A DNA stretch of 64,000 nucleotides, from NCBI RefSeq assembly GCF_963921235.1, contig NC_086097.1, positions 124,000,001 to 124,064,000 on the forward strand, read 5' to 3'. The translations under genes were made by a program, and so were the position numbers. Positions 1-12,262 of this stretch are shown piece by piece. The stretch's first letter is position 1. Each line of letters opens with the position of its first letter. The notes under the pieces are model-generated. The model was not told the origin of the DNA, searched no databases, and was given only the letters and a program-made list of their open reading frames with translations. Source of the DNA: Mobula hypostoma. Taxonomy: Eukaryota.

Positions 1-1988
1 TGATTGCAGAGGACTTTAGATTCCATAAGTGGAACCAAAAGGGAAATCCAATTCAGCATATGTGGCTGAATTGAAGGTGTCTGAGTATTGTCAGTTCAGT
101 GATGCACTGGGAGATTATTTCATTTGGGGAATCTTACAAGAAAGCATTGAAAAATAGCTCCTAACTGAAGTACAAATTTCATTTAAAAGAGCAGTTGCAA
201 TAGCGGTATCAATGGAAATAGCAGACAGAGATGCAATTGAGTTGCAGTCAGGAATGAAAGTAAGCATAAACAAAATTGCAATGTCTAAACAGAAAATGGC
301 TTAGTTGAACAAATTGTATTAACACTGTGGCAGGGCCTCACATTCACCAGACCAATGCAGACTTAAAGGCAAAACTGCTGAAAATGCCATCAATTAGGAC
401 ACATACAAAGAGCATGACAAAAGTAATTGGACTGCACAGGGAAGAGGAAAAGAGAAAAAGTCAAGTTTCAGTTCCAAAAAGAACACTAATCTGCAGTGCT
501 GTTGGTGCAAAATCTGATAATGATGAGAATGACACAGGGTTGGATAGCCTTGAGATATATAAAGTGAAAATTAACAGGAGACAATATGGCTTTCACCAGA
601 AGTGAACAGCAAATTCATTAAAATGAAATTGCACACTGCCTCGACTTTTTTAGCCATTTCACAAAATAAGTTTGAACGGCATTTCAAAGATACTGAACTG
701 AAGCTTGCAGATATCCAAGTAAGAACTTATACTGGAGAAATCTTAACTCCTGTGGGAATGACATTCCTAACAACGAACAAAAACCACATTGAACTTGAAT
801 ATGGTAAAAACAGGAGGACCAGCATTGTGGAATCATGAGCAGCTGAGATCCATTCATCATTTGCATGCCATGTCCCCTGTAATAGAGTCAACTAAAAGTG
901 AATTAAGGACGGTACTGTATGATGCCACAACTCTCTCCATGCTGAACACCATGAGCCATTGCCCAAGAGGGCAAACAGCTGTTGGTGCCAACCTCTGTAC
1001 CTCTGGTTGGAAAGCATTTTGAACCAAGGGAGGGCTATGCTGCTCAGAGAAAGCATGAACGTGATGAAAGCAGGTATTTGACTACAATGGTTTTTGTAAG
1101 CAACATATCTGAGAAAGCTTCTGATATGTTAATCAGGCAGTTAGTTTTAAAAATGTAGCTTGGTTTTAAGCTGGACAGTTCAATGAGCTTCAGGAATATT
1201 GCAAGCATTCGTTTTTTGTGAGTATGAAGAATCAGAATCTACTCCTCATGCATTAAGGTTATTGTATGAACTCCATGTGGAGATAGAAAAGCAGAGGATT
1301 CATCAGGTGATGTTGTGGATGAGGAAACCAAGAGTAGAGATCAGATTGTAAAGGGAGTAACAGAAGGATTAATAAGAGAATACTCCAGTGAACCAAATGC
1401 ACCTTCCCAAGATTAAGATGCACAAACTAGAAAGAAGAGAAAAAAAAAGGACAGGTGTCCAGAGCTGTCAGAACTACTTCCCACAGTGCCAGAGTCAGCT
1501 CCTACAACTACCTGAGGCCCCAGTACATGAGATTCTTCCACAGCCACAAGTCTCACCTGCCAAGCAGTGATCCCCCTGGCCAGGAAAAGTTATCCCACAA
1601 GAGTAAGAAAGCCTCCATAGCGAGTAAATCTTTTAGGCATGAATGTGACAACTTGAAAAATTACTATGCTGTGGATGTCTGTATCTAGTAGTTGTATTAT
1701 ATAGTACACTGCGTATATAGTTGAAATGCTTTCTATAGAGTTGGAGCTTATAGCTAAGCAGGGCGGAATGCTGTACATTTAGTATGTCAGTAATATTTGA
1801 GTAATATTATAAATGCGTTTGATTAAGCATTCTTGTTTATTTAAATAATTCACTGCAGGTTATATGTAAAGATAAATGAATTACATACATCATGATGCTA
1901 CCACATGATAAGTGCAGGCCTCATTTAAAGTAAATGCAAAGTTTGATACGTTATTCCAGACTTTGTTTTATTTCAATTACAAAACACA
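1..1988 (+). mobile_element. Degenerate, internally deleted Gypsy-type LTR retrotransposon (gag/protease remnants, PPT, 3' LTR at ~1769-1988)
   Basis: Broken gag and aspartic-protease-like frames (e.g. 602-838). A purine-rich tract precedes a TG...CA segment at 1769-1988 that is similar to the solo LTR at 41889-42126. Confidence 0.65.
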
Positions 1989-2117
1989 TGATGAAAATAA
2001 CAAATTTCTCTGCTAGGATACAAATGCAACCCATCACTCATAGGACATAGGTCAGCTCTACCCCAAAAGAGATCCCAGTGATCCAGGACCCTGAATCCCT
2101 TCCCCCAGCTCAGTGCC

Positions 2118-2445
2118 CATAAGACACAGGAGCAGAATTTTACAATCCCATCATGGCTGATTTATTATTCCTTTCAATCCTATGCCTTTTTCCCTTTACA
2201 TTTTTATGAACAAGAACCTATTAATCTCTGCTTTAAATGTACCCAATGACTTGGCCTCCACAGCCATCTGCAGCAATGAATTCATAGATGCACCACCCTC
2301 TGGCTAAAATTATTCCTCATCTCTGTTCTAAAAGGACTTCCTTATATTCTTAAGTGTGTCCTTGGTTCTAGACTGTCCCACTATAGGAAACAAAATCCTC
2401 TCCATGTCCACCTTAGCTGGGCCTTTCAATAGTCGATATTGAACC
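2118..2445 (-). mobile_element. CR1-type LINE 3' fragment
   Basis: Similar to the 3' end of the intact CR1 at 59600-59950. Confidence 0.7.
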
Positions 2446-3100
2446 AAGTTCCAGTTTAATTATCATTCCACCATACATGAATACAGCCAGATGTAACAGT
2501 GTTCCTCTGGGGCCAAGCTGCAAAACACATTACCAACAGCACACTGGACATAGCACAAATGGTTACACTAGCAGAAAAACATAGTCACAAAGAAAAACAA
2601 ATATTGCTGAAGTCCCTGAGTGGCATGGCCTATACAAGATTGATGGCAAGTTGTTCGGGTCCAGCTTGTTTTTCCAGCAAGCGGACACCAGAGGGAGCAC
2701 CGATTGGGGGTGGGGGGCGCGCAGCCCTGCCAGTTTGCAACTCAGTACAGATTCCAGCATACCCACTGAGGCCTGTCTCACACACCTGTTGTGGCATCTC
2801 CTCCCAGGGCAGCAGAAAGATGCGACCCACACAACTGAGGCAACACAATGAACCCGTCTTGCAGTACACATTACTAATATTCAGTGTGTTGTGAGCACAA
2901 TAAAAACATCACACTGTATTGGCACAGCAACAGTATGCAACAAGTCCAGGCAACAACACAACGGTGGTATACAATAGGTCCAGCCCCATTGCTATCGAGC
3001 AAATTGCTGATGGGATAGTCCTGCAGTACTTGATGTTCTTAATGTCCAGCAGCATCGTGTGATCATAAAAAGGACATGAAGCTGATCAATTACACCTTTG
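2446..3100. repeat. Unclassified interspersed repeat (second copy at ~39853-40130)
   Basis: Both loci share gtttaatt(a/g)tcatt...gttcctc..ggggcca...agtccctgagtg.catgg. Confidence 0.5.
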
Positions 3101-3929
3101 CTTGGACCTAGAGTGGCCACTGCATCCAAACATGTTGACATCACCCCTTATTCTTCTAAACATTAATTATGAAAAGATTGAGAAATATGCTGTAAATTAG
3201 TTTTAGTTTCACACTGTAGGTGTGTTGGTTGTTAATGCACATAATGCATGTCATTGTATGTTTTGATGGACACGTGATAAATAAATCTGAATCAAGCTCC
3301 GAGAACAAATGATGCCAGGAAAAAGACAGCAATGGGGAAAAGCCACAGGACTAAAGAAAATTGCATCCCATATTGTATTGGTACTGTGGTGACATTTCAA
3401 GTTTATTGCACGTGTATATCCTAAATGTATTTGGCTTAGTGTGCAGCCTCAGCCCCAGGCTGAATTTTCAAAGCTTTCTCCCTAATATACAACAGTTCAT
3501 TTCTGTGCGATAGGAGAACATTCATCATAGTACAATAGTTTGTTTCATTATGTCATACATTATTGTACAGTATTGCACATTGCTATTATTCTATACATTA
3601 GATTATGTTTTTAAATATTGCTGCTGTAACAAAATAATTTCCCCACTCAGAATCAATAAAGTACTTATTTTTAAACCATTTGACAAGCGCATAATAGTTC
3701 TCTAAACAAATGCCAAAATACACCATGCAATCTCAGTCCAGAAATTTAAGAGAGTAATCAAAGATTTCAAAAAAGAAACCTGGATGAAATCACAGGAAAA
3801 ATAATAAAATGTTAATAGGGTACTTCATTGGACATATTGGAGTTTCAAAGGGCTTTTACCATGTTATAGTGATATCTTAACTAAGGTCAAAGAAGACAGT
3901 TTTCTTTAGGGGAAAAAAGCTTAATCAGA

Positions 3930-4520
3930 ATTGGAGTGAGGTTTATTATCACTTACACATATCATGCAATTTCTTTTGAAGCAGCAGTACAGCACAATAG
4001 ACAAGACATTACAATAACTATACTACAGTATACAAGTAGAGCAATAAGAGCAAAAATATTGAGGTAGTATTTATGAAATCTGATGGCAGAAGAAAAGCTT
4101 TTCCTAAAATGTTGAGTGTGCCTTCAGGCTCCTGTACCTCCTTCTTGCTGGTATTAATGAGAAGAGGGCATATTCTGGGTGGTGGGGGCCTTAGTGATGG
4201 ATGCCACCTTTTTGAGGCATTGTCTTTTGAAGATCACCTCTATGCCCATGATTGCAGCTGGCTGAGTTTACAATCCTCTGCAGCTTTTTCTGATCCTGTG
4301 TATGGCTCCTCCATACTAGAGGGTGATGCAACAAGTAAGAATGTTCTCCATAGTACAACTGTAGAAATTTGGTAGAGTCTTTGGAGAAATACCAAATCTC
4401 CCGAAACCCCTAATATACAATATAGCTGCTGGCTATATGGCTAAATGTGTTACTGACTGGGGTCAGCAAGTGCAGAAATCAAGGATCCAATTGCACAAGG
4501 GAGGTATTGAGGCCGAGGCC
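3930..4520 (-). mobile_element. Rex/Babar-like LINE 3' fragment
   Basis: Similar to other copies at 57015-57480 and 22330-22900. Confidence 0.55.
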
Positions 4521-4915
4521 CCAAGCTGCAGACAGATACGACTTTTGAGAATGGAAGTATCAGCAAACTTGGAGGAGTAGCATGTAGTGAGGATGGCTGC
4601 CCAAGGATACAGATTAGCCGGCTTAAAAAATACTATGGAGATAGATGATAGGATTTAGATTGCTTACCTTCACAAGCAGAAGTATTGAGAATGAGCTGGG
4701 GCATCATGTTATAGTTGAACATGTTGTTGGTTAGGCCACACTTCAACTTCAAATTTATGAGTCATATTTAAGAAAATTTAGTTTTGCCAAAGAATTAAAG
4801 TCACATATGTGATGATGCAAAATGCCTGTGCATGCATTTGAAAGTTGGCAGAAATTTCTTTTAAAGCCAAACAATTAATTAAGAAAATGCATTCACTCCA
4901 TTTCATGAAAAATTT

Positions 4916-5560
4916 TTTATTAAGCATGTAACATTAAAATTCACTTAAAAATATCCACTGGCTTAACATGTATAAAACTATATACAAAATGTCTTAAATA
5001 ACCTTGACACATTCCTGCTACCTTGATTTTGCACAATGTTTCAGAAATTAAGGATAGATGAACTTAAAGTACAGTGGAGAAATTCATGGAGCCAATGCCT
5101 TTGAAAACATTAAGGGAGCTCAGAATAAGAGTATAGGTACGGTTTGCAAATTTTGTACACCGAGTTTCTAATTCATCCATTTCTGATTACTGCTATGCAG
5201 TTTGTTTTAACTGTGCCCTTGAGAAACATGAAAAACTGCAATGATTTTGAAGCAGGCTTGCTGACATGACAGCATTACTGATTATTCTGAAGATTCAACC
5301 CCCCTGCTCCCTCCCCCCAAAATTGTTTGCTGAAATCAGATGTGCAAGTTAGAGCAAATAAAATCTGAAAACTAATCTTGGATACACGTTCTCCCCCACT
5401 AACTGAAAAATGATTTGTACAAATTGAAAGTAGTTTAAAAAGTCTTCAAAATGTTTATACATATGCACACAACTAAGGAAATCAAGTATACAGTGTTAGA
5501 AGGGATTAGGGAGTCTGCATGGTTCTATTTACATATACAAGTTTACATTTTCTTTAAAGT
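4916..5560 (-). promoter_or_regulatory. FBXO43: FBXO43 3'UTR with poly(A) hexamer, CPEs and Pumilio elements
   Basis: On the minus strand: AATAAA at 4916-4921, TTTTAAT at 4933-4939, TTTTAT at 4972-4977, TGTATATA at 4979-4986 and TGTAAATA at 5526-5533. Confidence 0.65.
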
Positions 5561-5809
5561 TTATAATCTTCGCAAGTTCCTCTTGCTTTGAGCACTTCCC
5601 GGTGTTCCACCTTTGCTGCCAAAGTGTTTGACAAACTTACTGCTGCATTCCCTGGATCCATGGAAAACACAGAAGCATTGTGTACAGAAGTCAAAGGCGC
5701 AATCTTCTCGACTGCAGAGGCCTCTTTTCTTCATTGGATTGTACCTGGCAGGTGACTGGCACCGTGGGCATGGTTTTAAAGCCTCATCATTAAACAATGT
5801 CTTGGCAAC
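5561..5809 (-). CDS. FBXO43: FBXO43/Emi2 last coding exon (zinc-binding region and RL tail)
   Basis: Encodes [21 protein letters not shown]...[19 protein letters not shown]...[11 protein letters not shown] acceptor at 5810-5812. Confidence 0.96.
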   Translation of the reverse strand, partial: VAKTLFNDEALKPCPRCQSPARYNPMKKRGLCSREDCAFDFCTQCFCVFHGSRECSSKFVKHFGSKGGTPGSAQSKRNLRRL

Positions 5810-6016
5810 CTGGTAGCAACAATTCATAGTTTAGGTTCCAAATTTTCACCCTTTAATGTTACCAAATAAAATATATTTTGTTGGGGAGGGGGAGGGGAGA
5901 AAAAAGAACAATTCTATCCATGAATAAGCATTGCAAAATAGTGTGGTCAAAGCCAGAGCCAAGGACAAAACTAATTTCTAGCTAAAGGCCAACAAATTAA
6001 GCAATTAGGAATGTAA

Positions 6017-6220
6017 ACACAAAGGATTCTGTAGATGCTGGAAATCCAGATTAACACCTAAAATACTGGGGGAACTCAGCAGGTTAGGCAGCATCTATTG
6101 AGGAGAATAAATAGTCAAAGTTTTAGGCCAAGTCTTGAAGGTTCTCAGCCCAAAATATTGACTGTTTATTCCTCTTCACCAATGCGGCCTGACCTGCTGA
6201 GTTCCTCCAGCATTTGCATT
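6017..6220. repeat. Palindromic short element built from two inverted Penelope-terminal repeat halves
   Basis: Arms at ~6063-6129 and ~6148-6215 are approximate reverse complements (ggaactcagcagg / cctgctgagttcc). Confidence 0.7.
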
Positions 6221-6770
6221 GCAATTAGGAACAAACAAGTGATTGCAAATTTAACTGAACACCAAGTTCTAGGAATTGATCAAGAACCTTATTTGGAAAG
6301 AATTAGACTCAGTTTATATTCAATTTACACAGTAAACACTACTTTTCGGCACACAGCCTTTTACCCTTTAATTCATGCACCATAGGAAACATCCTATTGT
6401 GGTATACTACAGCCTAGTATGGCAACTGCTCCCTCCATGACGAAGAGCAGATGCAGAGTGTTGTGGACACAGTTCAGCACATCACTGAAGCCAGTCTGCA
6501 CTCCATGAACTCCGTCCACATTTCTCACTGCTTCGGTAAAGCAACTAACACTGTAACAGACCCAAACCACTGTGGACATAGTCATGCGGGAGAAGATATG
6601 GGGCAGAACATCAAAAAAAATCCTGAAAGCACACAACCCAAGGGTCAATGATAGTTTTTGTACTGTTGTTATAAAACTACTGAACAGTTCCCTAGCATGA
6701 CAAGATTCACTCGACTTCATAACTTACCTTACACCTTTTGTCTCTCTGCACTGCGCTCTATAACTATAGC

Positions 6771-7912
6771 ACTTACTGGAGGAACTCAGCAGGCCAGGCA
6801 GCATCAATGGAAAAAAGTACAGTCCATGTTGAGCCGAAGCCCTTTGGCAAGACTAGAGAAAAAAAGTTGAGGAGTAGATTTGAAAGGTTGGGGGGGCCAG
6901 GGGAGAGAGAGAAATGCCAGGTGATAGGTGAAACTTGGAGGGGGAGGGATGAAGCAAAGAACTAGGAAGATGATTAGTGAAAGAGACAGAAGGCCATGGA
7001 AGAAGGGGGTGGGGAGCACCAGAGGGAGGCAATGGGTGGGGTAGGCAAGGAGACAACATGGAGGGAGGGACAAGGGGATGGGAAATGGTGATGGTGGGGG
7101 TGGGGTGGGTGGAGGCATTACGGGAAGTTTGAGAAATCAATGTTCATGCCATCAGGTTGGAGGCTACCCAGACGGAATACAAGGTGTTGCTCCCCAAACC
7201 CAAGTGTGGCCTTATCCTGGCAGTGGAGGAGGCCATGGATGGTCATATTGGAATGGGAATGGGAAGTGGAATTAAAATGGGTGGCCACGGGGAGATCCTG
7301 CTTGTTCTGGCAGATAGAGTGTAGATGCTCGATGAAGCGGTCTCCCAATCTACACTCTGTCTGCCAGAAGATTGGGAGAGTGCTTCACCAAGCATCTACT
7401 CTCCATCCGCCAGAACAAGCAGGATTTCCCAGTGGCCACCCATTTTATTTCCACTTCCCATCCATGGTCTCCTCCATGCCGGGATAAGGCCACACTTAGG
7501 GTGGAGGAACAATACCTTGTATTCTGTTTGGATAGCCTCCAAACTGGTGGCATGAACATAGATTTATCAAATTTCCAGTAATGCCTCCGCCCCCCCCACC
7601 CCAAAATCACCATTTCCCCTTGTCCCCCTTTCATATTATCTCCTTGCCCGCCCATTGCCTCCTTCTGGTGCACTCTCCCCACTTTTTCCATGGCCTTCTG
7701 TCTCTTTCACCAATGAATTTCCAAGCTCTGTTTCATCCTTCCCCCTTTAAGTTTCAGCTATTGTCTGGTGTTTTTCTCTCCCCTCGCACCCACCTTTCAA
7801 ATCTACTCCTTCAGCATTTTTTCCTCCAATCCTGCCGAAGGGTTTCGGCCCAAAATATCGACTATACTTTTATCCATAGATGCTGTCTAGCCTGGCGAGT
7901 TCCTCCAGCATT

Positions 7913-7960
<48 letters not shown>

Positions 7961-8030
7961 GCGTGTGCGCGTGTGTGTGTGCGCGTGCTGCTTGGACATC
8001 CAGCATCTGCAGACTTTTTGTTTCTGTACT
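6771..8030. mobile_element. Penelope-like element remnants in fold-back arrangement (minus 6771-7365, plus 7366-8030)
   Basis: GIY-YIG C-terminal frames lie on both strands (7118-7348 minus, 7372-7581 plus), matching ORF 63340-63960. Confidence 0.85.
7916..7986. repeat. (TG)n/(TGCG) microsatellite
   Basis: Directly visible in the sequence. Confidence 0.95.
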
Positions 8031-8232
8031 AATATTTGTAGGCCAGCAGGAAATACTGATGTGTGAACTGATGGCATGTTTTGGTAATTCCATACCAGCT
8101 ATACGAACACTACCAAAATTGTCTCTCAAAGAGACAAATCTAAATGAAAATACACAGTTTCTATCAAACCAGCTAACTCAGCAAATTTCAGTGTTGTCTA
8201 TGGGAAACTCCAATAGATATTCTTACACTTAC

Positions 8233-8418
8233 CTGTAAGAATTCTTCTCGTTTACTAATTGACTTGGAAGCACTACTGTATCCAGTAGTGGTTAGCTCCT
8301 GTCGAGTAGAGTGAGTTGGTGTGAAGACAACCCTTGCCTGTGCCTGAACAGATTTCAAAGCAGGACGATCTAGGAGATTACGTCTGCTTTCAACATCTGT
8401 GGCCCAAAATTGGTTATG
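8233..8418 (-). CDS. FBXO43: FBXO43/Emi2 coding exon 3 (contains D-box RPALKSVQ)
   Basis: ttccaacag acceptor and CAG|gtaagt donor; 186 nt, phase 0/0; encodes HNQFWATDVESRRNLLDRPALKSVQ...KREEFLQ. Confidence 0.93.
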
Positions 8419-8629
8419 CTGTTGGAAAAAAAAGATATTATTTTCAGATCTTATATACCCCAATTGGAGATATTAAAAATTTGAACAAGCAACTTATCAG
8501 TTAACAAATCTAAAAATCAGACATTTCAAAATGCTTAGATAACTTTCTCCTGTAGAATCATCACAAATTAAACAAATTGATGCAGTAATGGAAAGAACTC
8601 ATTTCTTGATATTTTCCCACATTGAATAC

Positions 8630-9090
8630 AGACAAGCTTGCCAAATGTGCTGGGGCAGCAGGCTGAGGGTAACAGACACCAACAGAATCAACAAACTCAT
8701 TCGTAAGGCCAGTGATGTGGGGATGGAACTGGACTCTCTGATGGTGGTGTTGAAAAGAGGATGCTGTCCAAGTTGCATGCCATCTTGGACAATGTCTCCC
8801 ATCCACTACATAATGTACTGGTTGGGCACAGGAGCACATTCAGCCAGAGACTCATTCAACCGAGATGCAACACTGAGTGTCATAGGAAGTCGTGGCCAAA
8901 CTTTACAACTCCTCCCTTGGAGGGTCAGACACCTTGAGCCAATAGGCTGATCCTGGACTTATTTTCATCTGGCATAATTTACATATTATTATTTAATTAT
9001 TTAATGGTTTTATATTGCGATATTTATACTCTATTCTTGGTTGGTGCGACTGTAACCAGACCCAATTTCCCTCAGGATCAATAAAGTATT
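8630..9090 (+). mobile_element. Rex/Babar-like LINE 3' fragment
   Basis: CWGSRLRVTDTNRINKLIRKAS motif; a reverse copy of its 3' end lies at ~17290-17410. Confidence 0.65.
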
Positions 9091-9938
9091 TCTACCTATC
9101 TATCTAAGTGACTGAAGCACTTGGTATCCGTTTACAAATTCAAAATCTTCAGCTATTCAGTCCAAGACTAGCTATGTCCGGAACAAGCATTTAGCTGGTC
9201 ATTGCAATAAACCTCTGCCGTTCCCTTTGCCCATGATCAAAAGTCCATTAGAAAAACCTCTTGTGCAAAACACATTCAAAAATTCACATCACCTTGAAAC
9301 ATTATGGGCTCAAAGCTTGCTTATCAGATTGTTGCATTATATTTTAAACACAGCTTATATGCCCCTCGCATCGAATCAGTTCCAAGGATTGCCCCACAGC
9401 ACTGTTCAGAGACCTGTGAATTTCAACTATCTATCTCTATTTAATCCAATTGATTGAAATTAACTTATATGTTCAGATGCACTTCAACTTCCTGTGGAAA
9501 AAAGTAGCCAATTTTACAACTTGATATATCAGATTTCTGCAGATGGTTAATCGGATTCTTGAATAGTGGCAGCCTTACTTCATTTGTCATAATTGTTGCT
9601 GTTATACTTCCCTTCCACCCTGAATGAACCATATATCAAGAATGTGACAGGAACATGCAGCCAACAACTGTGGAAAGAGACTCTGTTAACGTTTCATGCC
9701 AAAGACTGCTTCCAGCCAAAATCTCTTTCTACATGTTGCCTGACTAGCTGAGCATATTTCAGTTTTCATTTTGGATTCCTGATATTTCTATGGAAATACT
9801 CTTCCTACTGGGAAGAATACAAGTTCACCACTCACTGCTTCACATCAAGGACAAAAGTGACAAACTTACAGCAAATAGCTCATTGATTTTCTAAACTAAA
9901 ATAGATGATTTATCAAAACATTATATAAAGAAACATAC

Positions 9939-10041
9939 CATTCTGTGATTTTGAACTTCATTCAGATACTGCTTTCTTTTGAGACACAGTGTTTGGTCTT
10001 GCTTGATGATTTTCTTCCAGACTTTGCTCACTTTCCATACT
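9939..10041 (-). CDS. FBXO43: FBXO43/Emi2 coding exon 2 (F-box C-terminal half)
   Basis: aataag acceptor and ATG|gtatgt donor; 103 nt, phase 2/0; encodes VWKVSKVWKKIIKQDQ...NHRM and joins the neighbouring exons in frame. Confidence 0.93.
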
Positions 10042-10571
10042 CTTATTTGAAGGCAAGAATTTAATTTGCAAAATAAAGACAAAAACTTGTGCATTTAGTG
10101 GGTAACCTGCAGCACTGCCAGATGATATTTAAAGTTAAGGGTCTACAGTTAGTGACAAAACAAGTTTCTGTACACAAGTCATGCAAAGTATTGATGATTT
10201 TGGACCTGATGTAATGCTTATTGAACCACGTCAGTCAACAATAACTGCTGATGGGCAGAGCAGGTTTTTTTATGACTTATTGAGTTGGCAGGAGTCGCTC
10301 TGACCATTGATGAAATATGAAGTACACTTGTTCATCTGAACATGGACAGCAATTACAGTCCTCACTTTTGTTTGAGGGCTTGATGAAATAAAATATTAAG
10401 CCTACATTTAGTTTATTACATCAACCTGGTGTGAGAGATCAGTGAGGCTTGAAGCACTGAAGAATGGAGTATTGCAAGAGTGCTCAAGATTAACAAAAAG
10501 ATATCGAAACAAATACAATAGATTCTGCCAGACACACACCAGGTCAAGCCACCTCTATGGAGATGAAAAAA

Positions 10572-10607
10572 CAGTCAACATTTCAGGCAGAGACCCTTCA
10601 TCAGGAC
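10572..10607 (-). ncRNA. Minimal type I hammerhead ribozyme motif in a Penelope-terminal repeat
   Basis: Minus strand reads GTC-CTGATGA-AGG-gtctctg-CCT-GAAA-TG-TT-GAC: conserved core, stem I GTC/GAC, stem II AGG/CCT. Confidence 0.65.
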
Positions 10608-11082
10608 ACATTGTTTTAGTCCAGAACAAAATGAACAACAGCCAGCTTGCTGGATCCGATTTAAACAAGTGTGTAACATTCATTTGTTTTTAAGCATTTT
10701 TAAAAAAGTGTGCATTATTGTTGTTAAAAGACTGTCCCTGGTTCCAACTTTATAGACACTCAACAAGATGATTTTATATGCAACTCAGAAAGTACACAAA
10801 ATTGTAGTAACCATACCTTCACAGTATTGGTATGAAAAGGTATCAAGCACACAAGACTGAACAATGACTAAAACAGGAGGGAGAGGAAGCCACACACAAA
10901 ATGCTGGAGGAACTCAGCAGGCCAGGCAACATCTGTGGAAAAGATTACAGTCGATGTTCCGGGCCGAGACCCTTTGGAAATGGCAGAGCTGGTTTTCTCT
11001 TTCCCTGCCAGAGATGAATGTATCCAAGTTCAGCTTTGCAATTTAAAATAATGCGAGTGTATTAACCCAGAGACGACCTACA

Positions 11083-11611
11083 TACTCAGTTACCACTTTA
11101 CTAGGTGCAGTTTCACACCAGCTTGTTACTGCAATAATCTAATCAGCCAATCATGCAGCAACAACTTGATGCATTAAACCATGCAGACATGGTCAAGAAG
11201 TCCCGTTACCATTCAAACCAAACATAAGGGGGGGGAAATTTTGTAAGTGACTTTGACTGTAGAATGATTGTTGGTGCTAGATGGGGTGGTTTCAGTATTT
11301 CAGAAACGGCTGATTTCCTGAGATTTTCACACAGCAGTCTAGAGTTTACGGAGAATGGTGTGAAAAACAAAAGAAAAATCCAGTGAACAGCAGTTCTATG
11401 TGTGAAAATGCCTTATTAATGAGAGAGGTTGGGGTATGGTCAGACTGGTTCAAGATGACATGAAGAAAACAGCAACTCAATAATGCATTACAACAGTGGT
11501 GTGCAGAAGAGCACTGCTGAACGCACATGTCAAACCTTTAAGTGGATGGGCTACAGCAGCAGAAGATCACACTGGTTTCCACTCCTGTACCTATTAAGTG
11601 GCCACTGAGTG
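11083..11611 (+). mobile_element. Internally deleted Tc1-like non-autonomous element
   Basis: TIRs actcagt.accacttta.taggt / acctattaagtggccactgagt with a transposase N-terminal remnant. A second copy is inverted at 51798-52317. Confidence 0.75.
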
Positions 11612-12262
11612 AGTTTTCTTACCAGTTCGGTCTACTTAGGAAAAACAATATTTAGAATAGGCTATGATAATCACCTCCATTTAAGCTGTCAAAGGCTTAA
11701 GGTGCACGCTGATGTATGCAACTTGTAAAATCTTTTCTAGTCAGTAGTTATATCTTCCTTTTAAAAAAAAAGTTCTATTCCATGTCTCCAAAATGTTGTA
11801 GCAGTTTAATGACAAATGCAGTTAATTAAATGTTGGAAGTTGGAAGCTAGAGAGGGTAGTAGATGGGGAATTGGGAAGATAGGAAGCAGCCCCAAGCACA
11901 AAAAGTTCTTATAAATAGGTACCTAGTATAGATAGTGAGATTAAAAGTTAAGGTATGAAAGATCATATACATTCCTTTCGTCACTTCAAGAATCTGAATA
12001 TTTGTAATTTACGAGGAGAAGGCTGGAAAATGGGGTTGAGGAAAGGAAAAATCAGCCGTGATTAAATGGTGGAACAGACTCAATGGGCCAAATGGCCCAA
12101 TTCTGCTCCTATGTCTTATGGTTTTATGATAGTAAGTTTACATCCTAGTCAAAGTATTTAAATGCTTTGAAGGACTTCTTTCGAAGGGGTGCAGGTGCAG
12201 AGAAGCAAAGAGGAAATAGACTAAAGACTTGGAAAAACCTATTTGCATTCCTCCAATCTTAC

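Noticed and set aside
7581-8238. ORFs with VC/HT repeats
   Set aside because: They are translations of a (TG)n microsatellite and Penelope UTR sequence.
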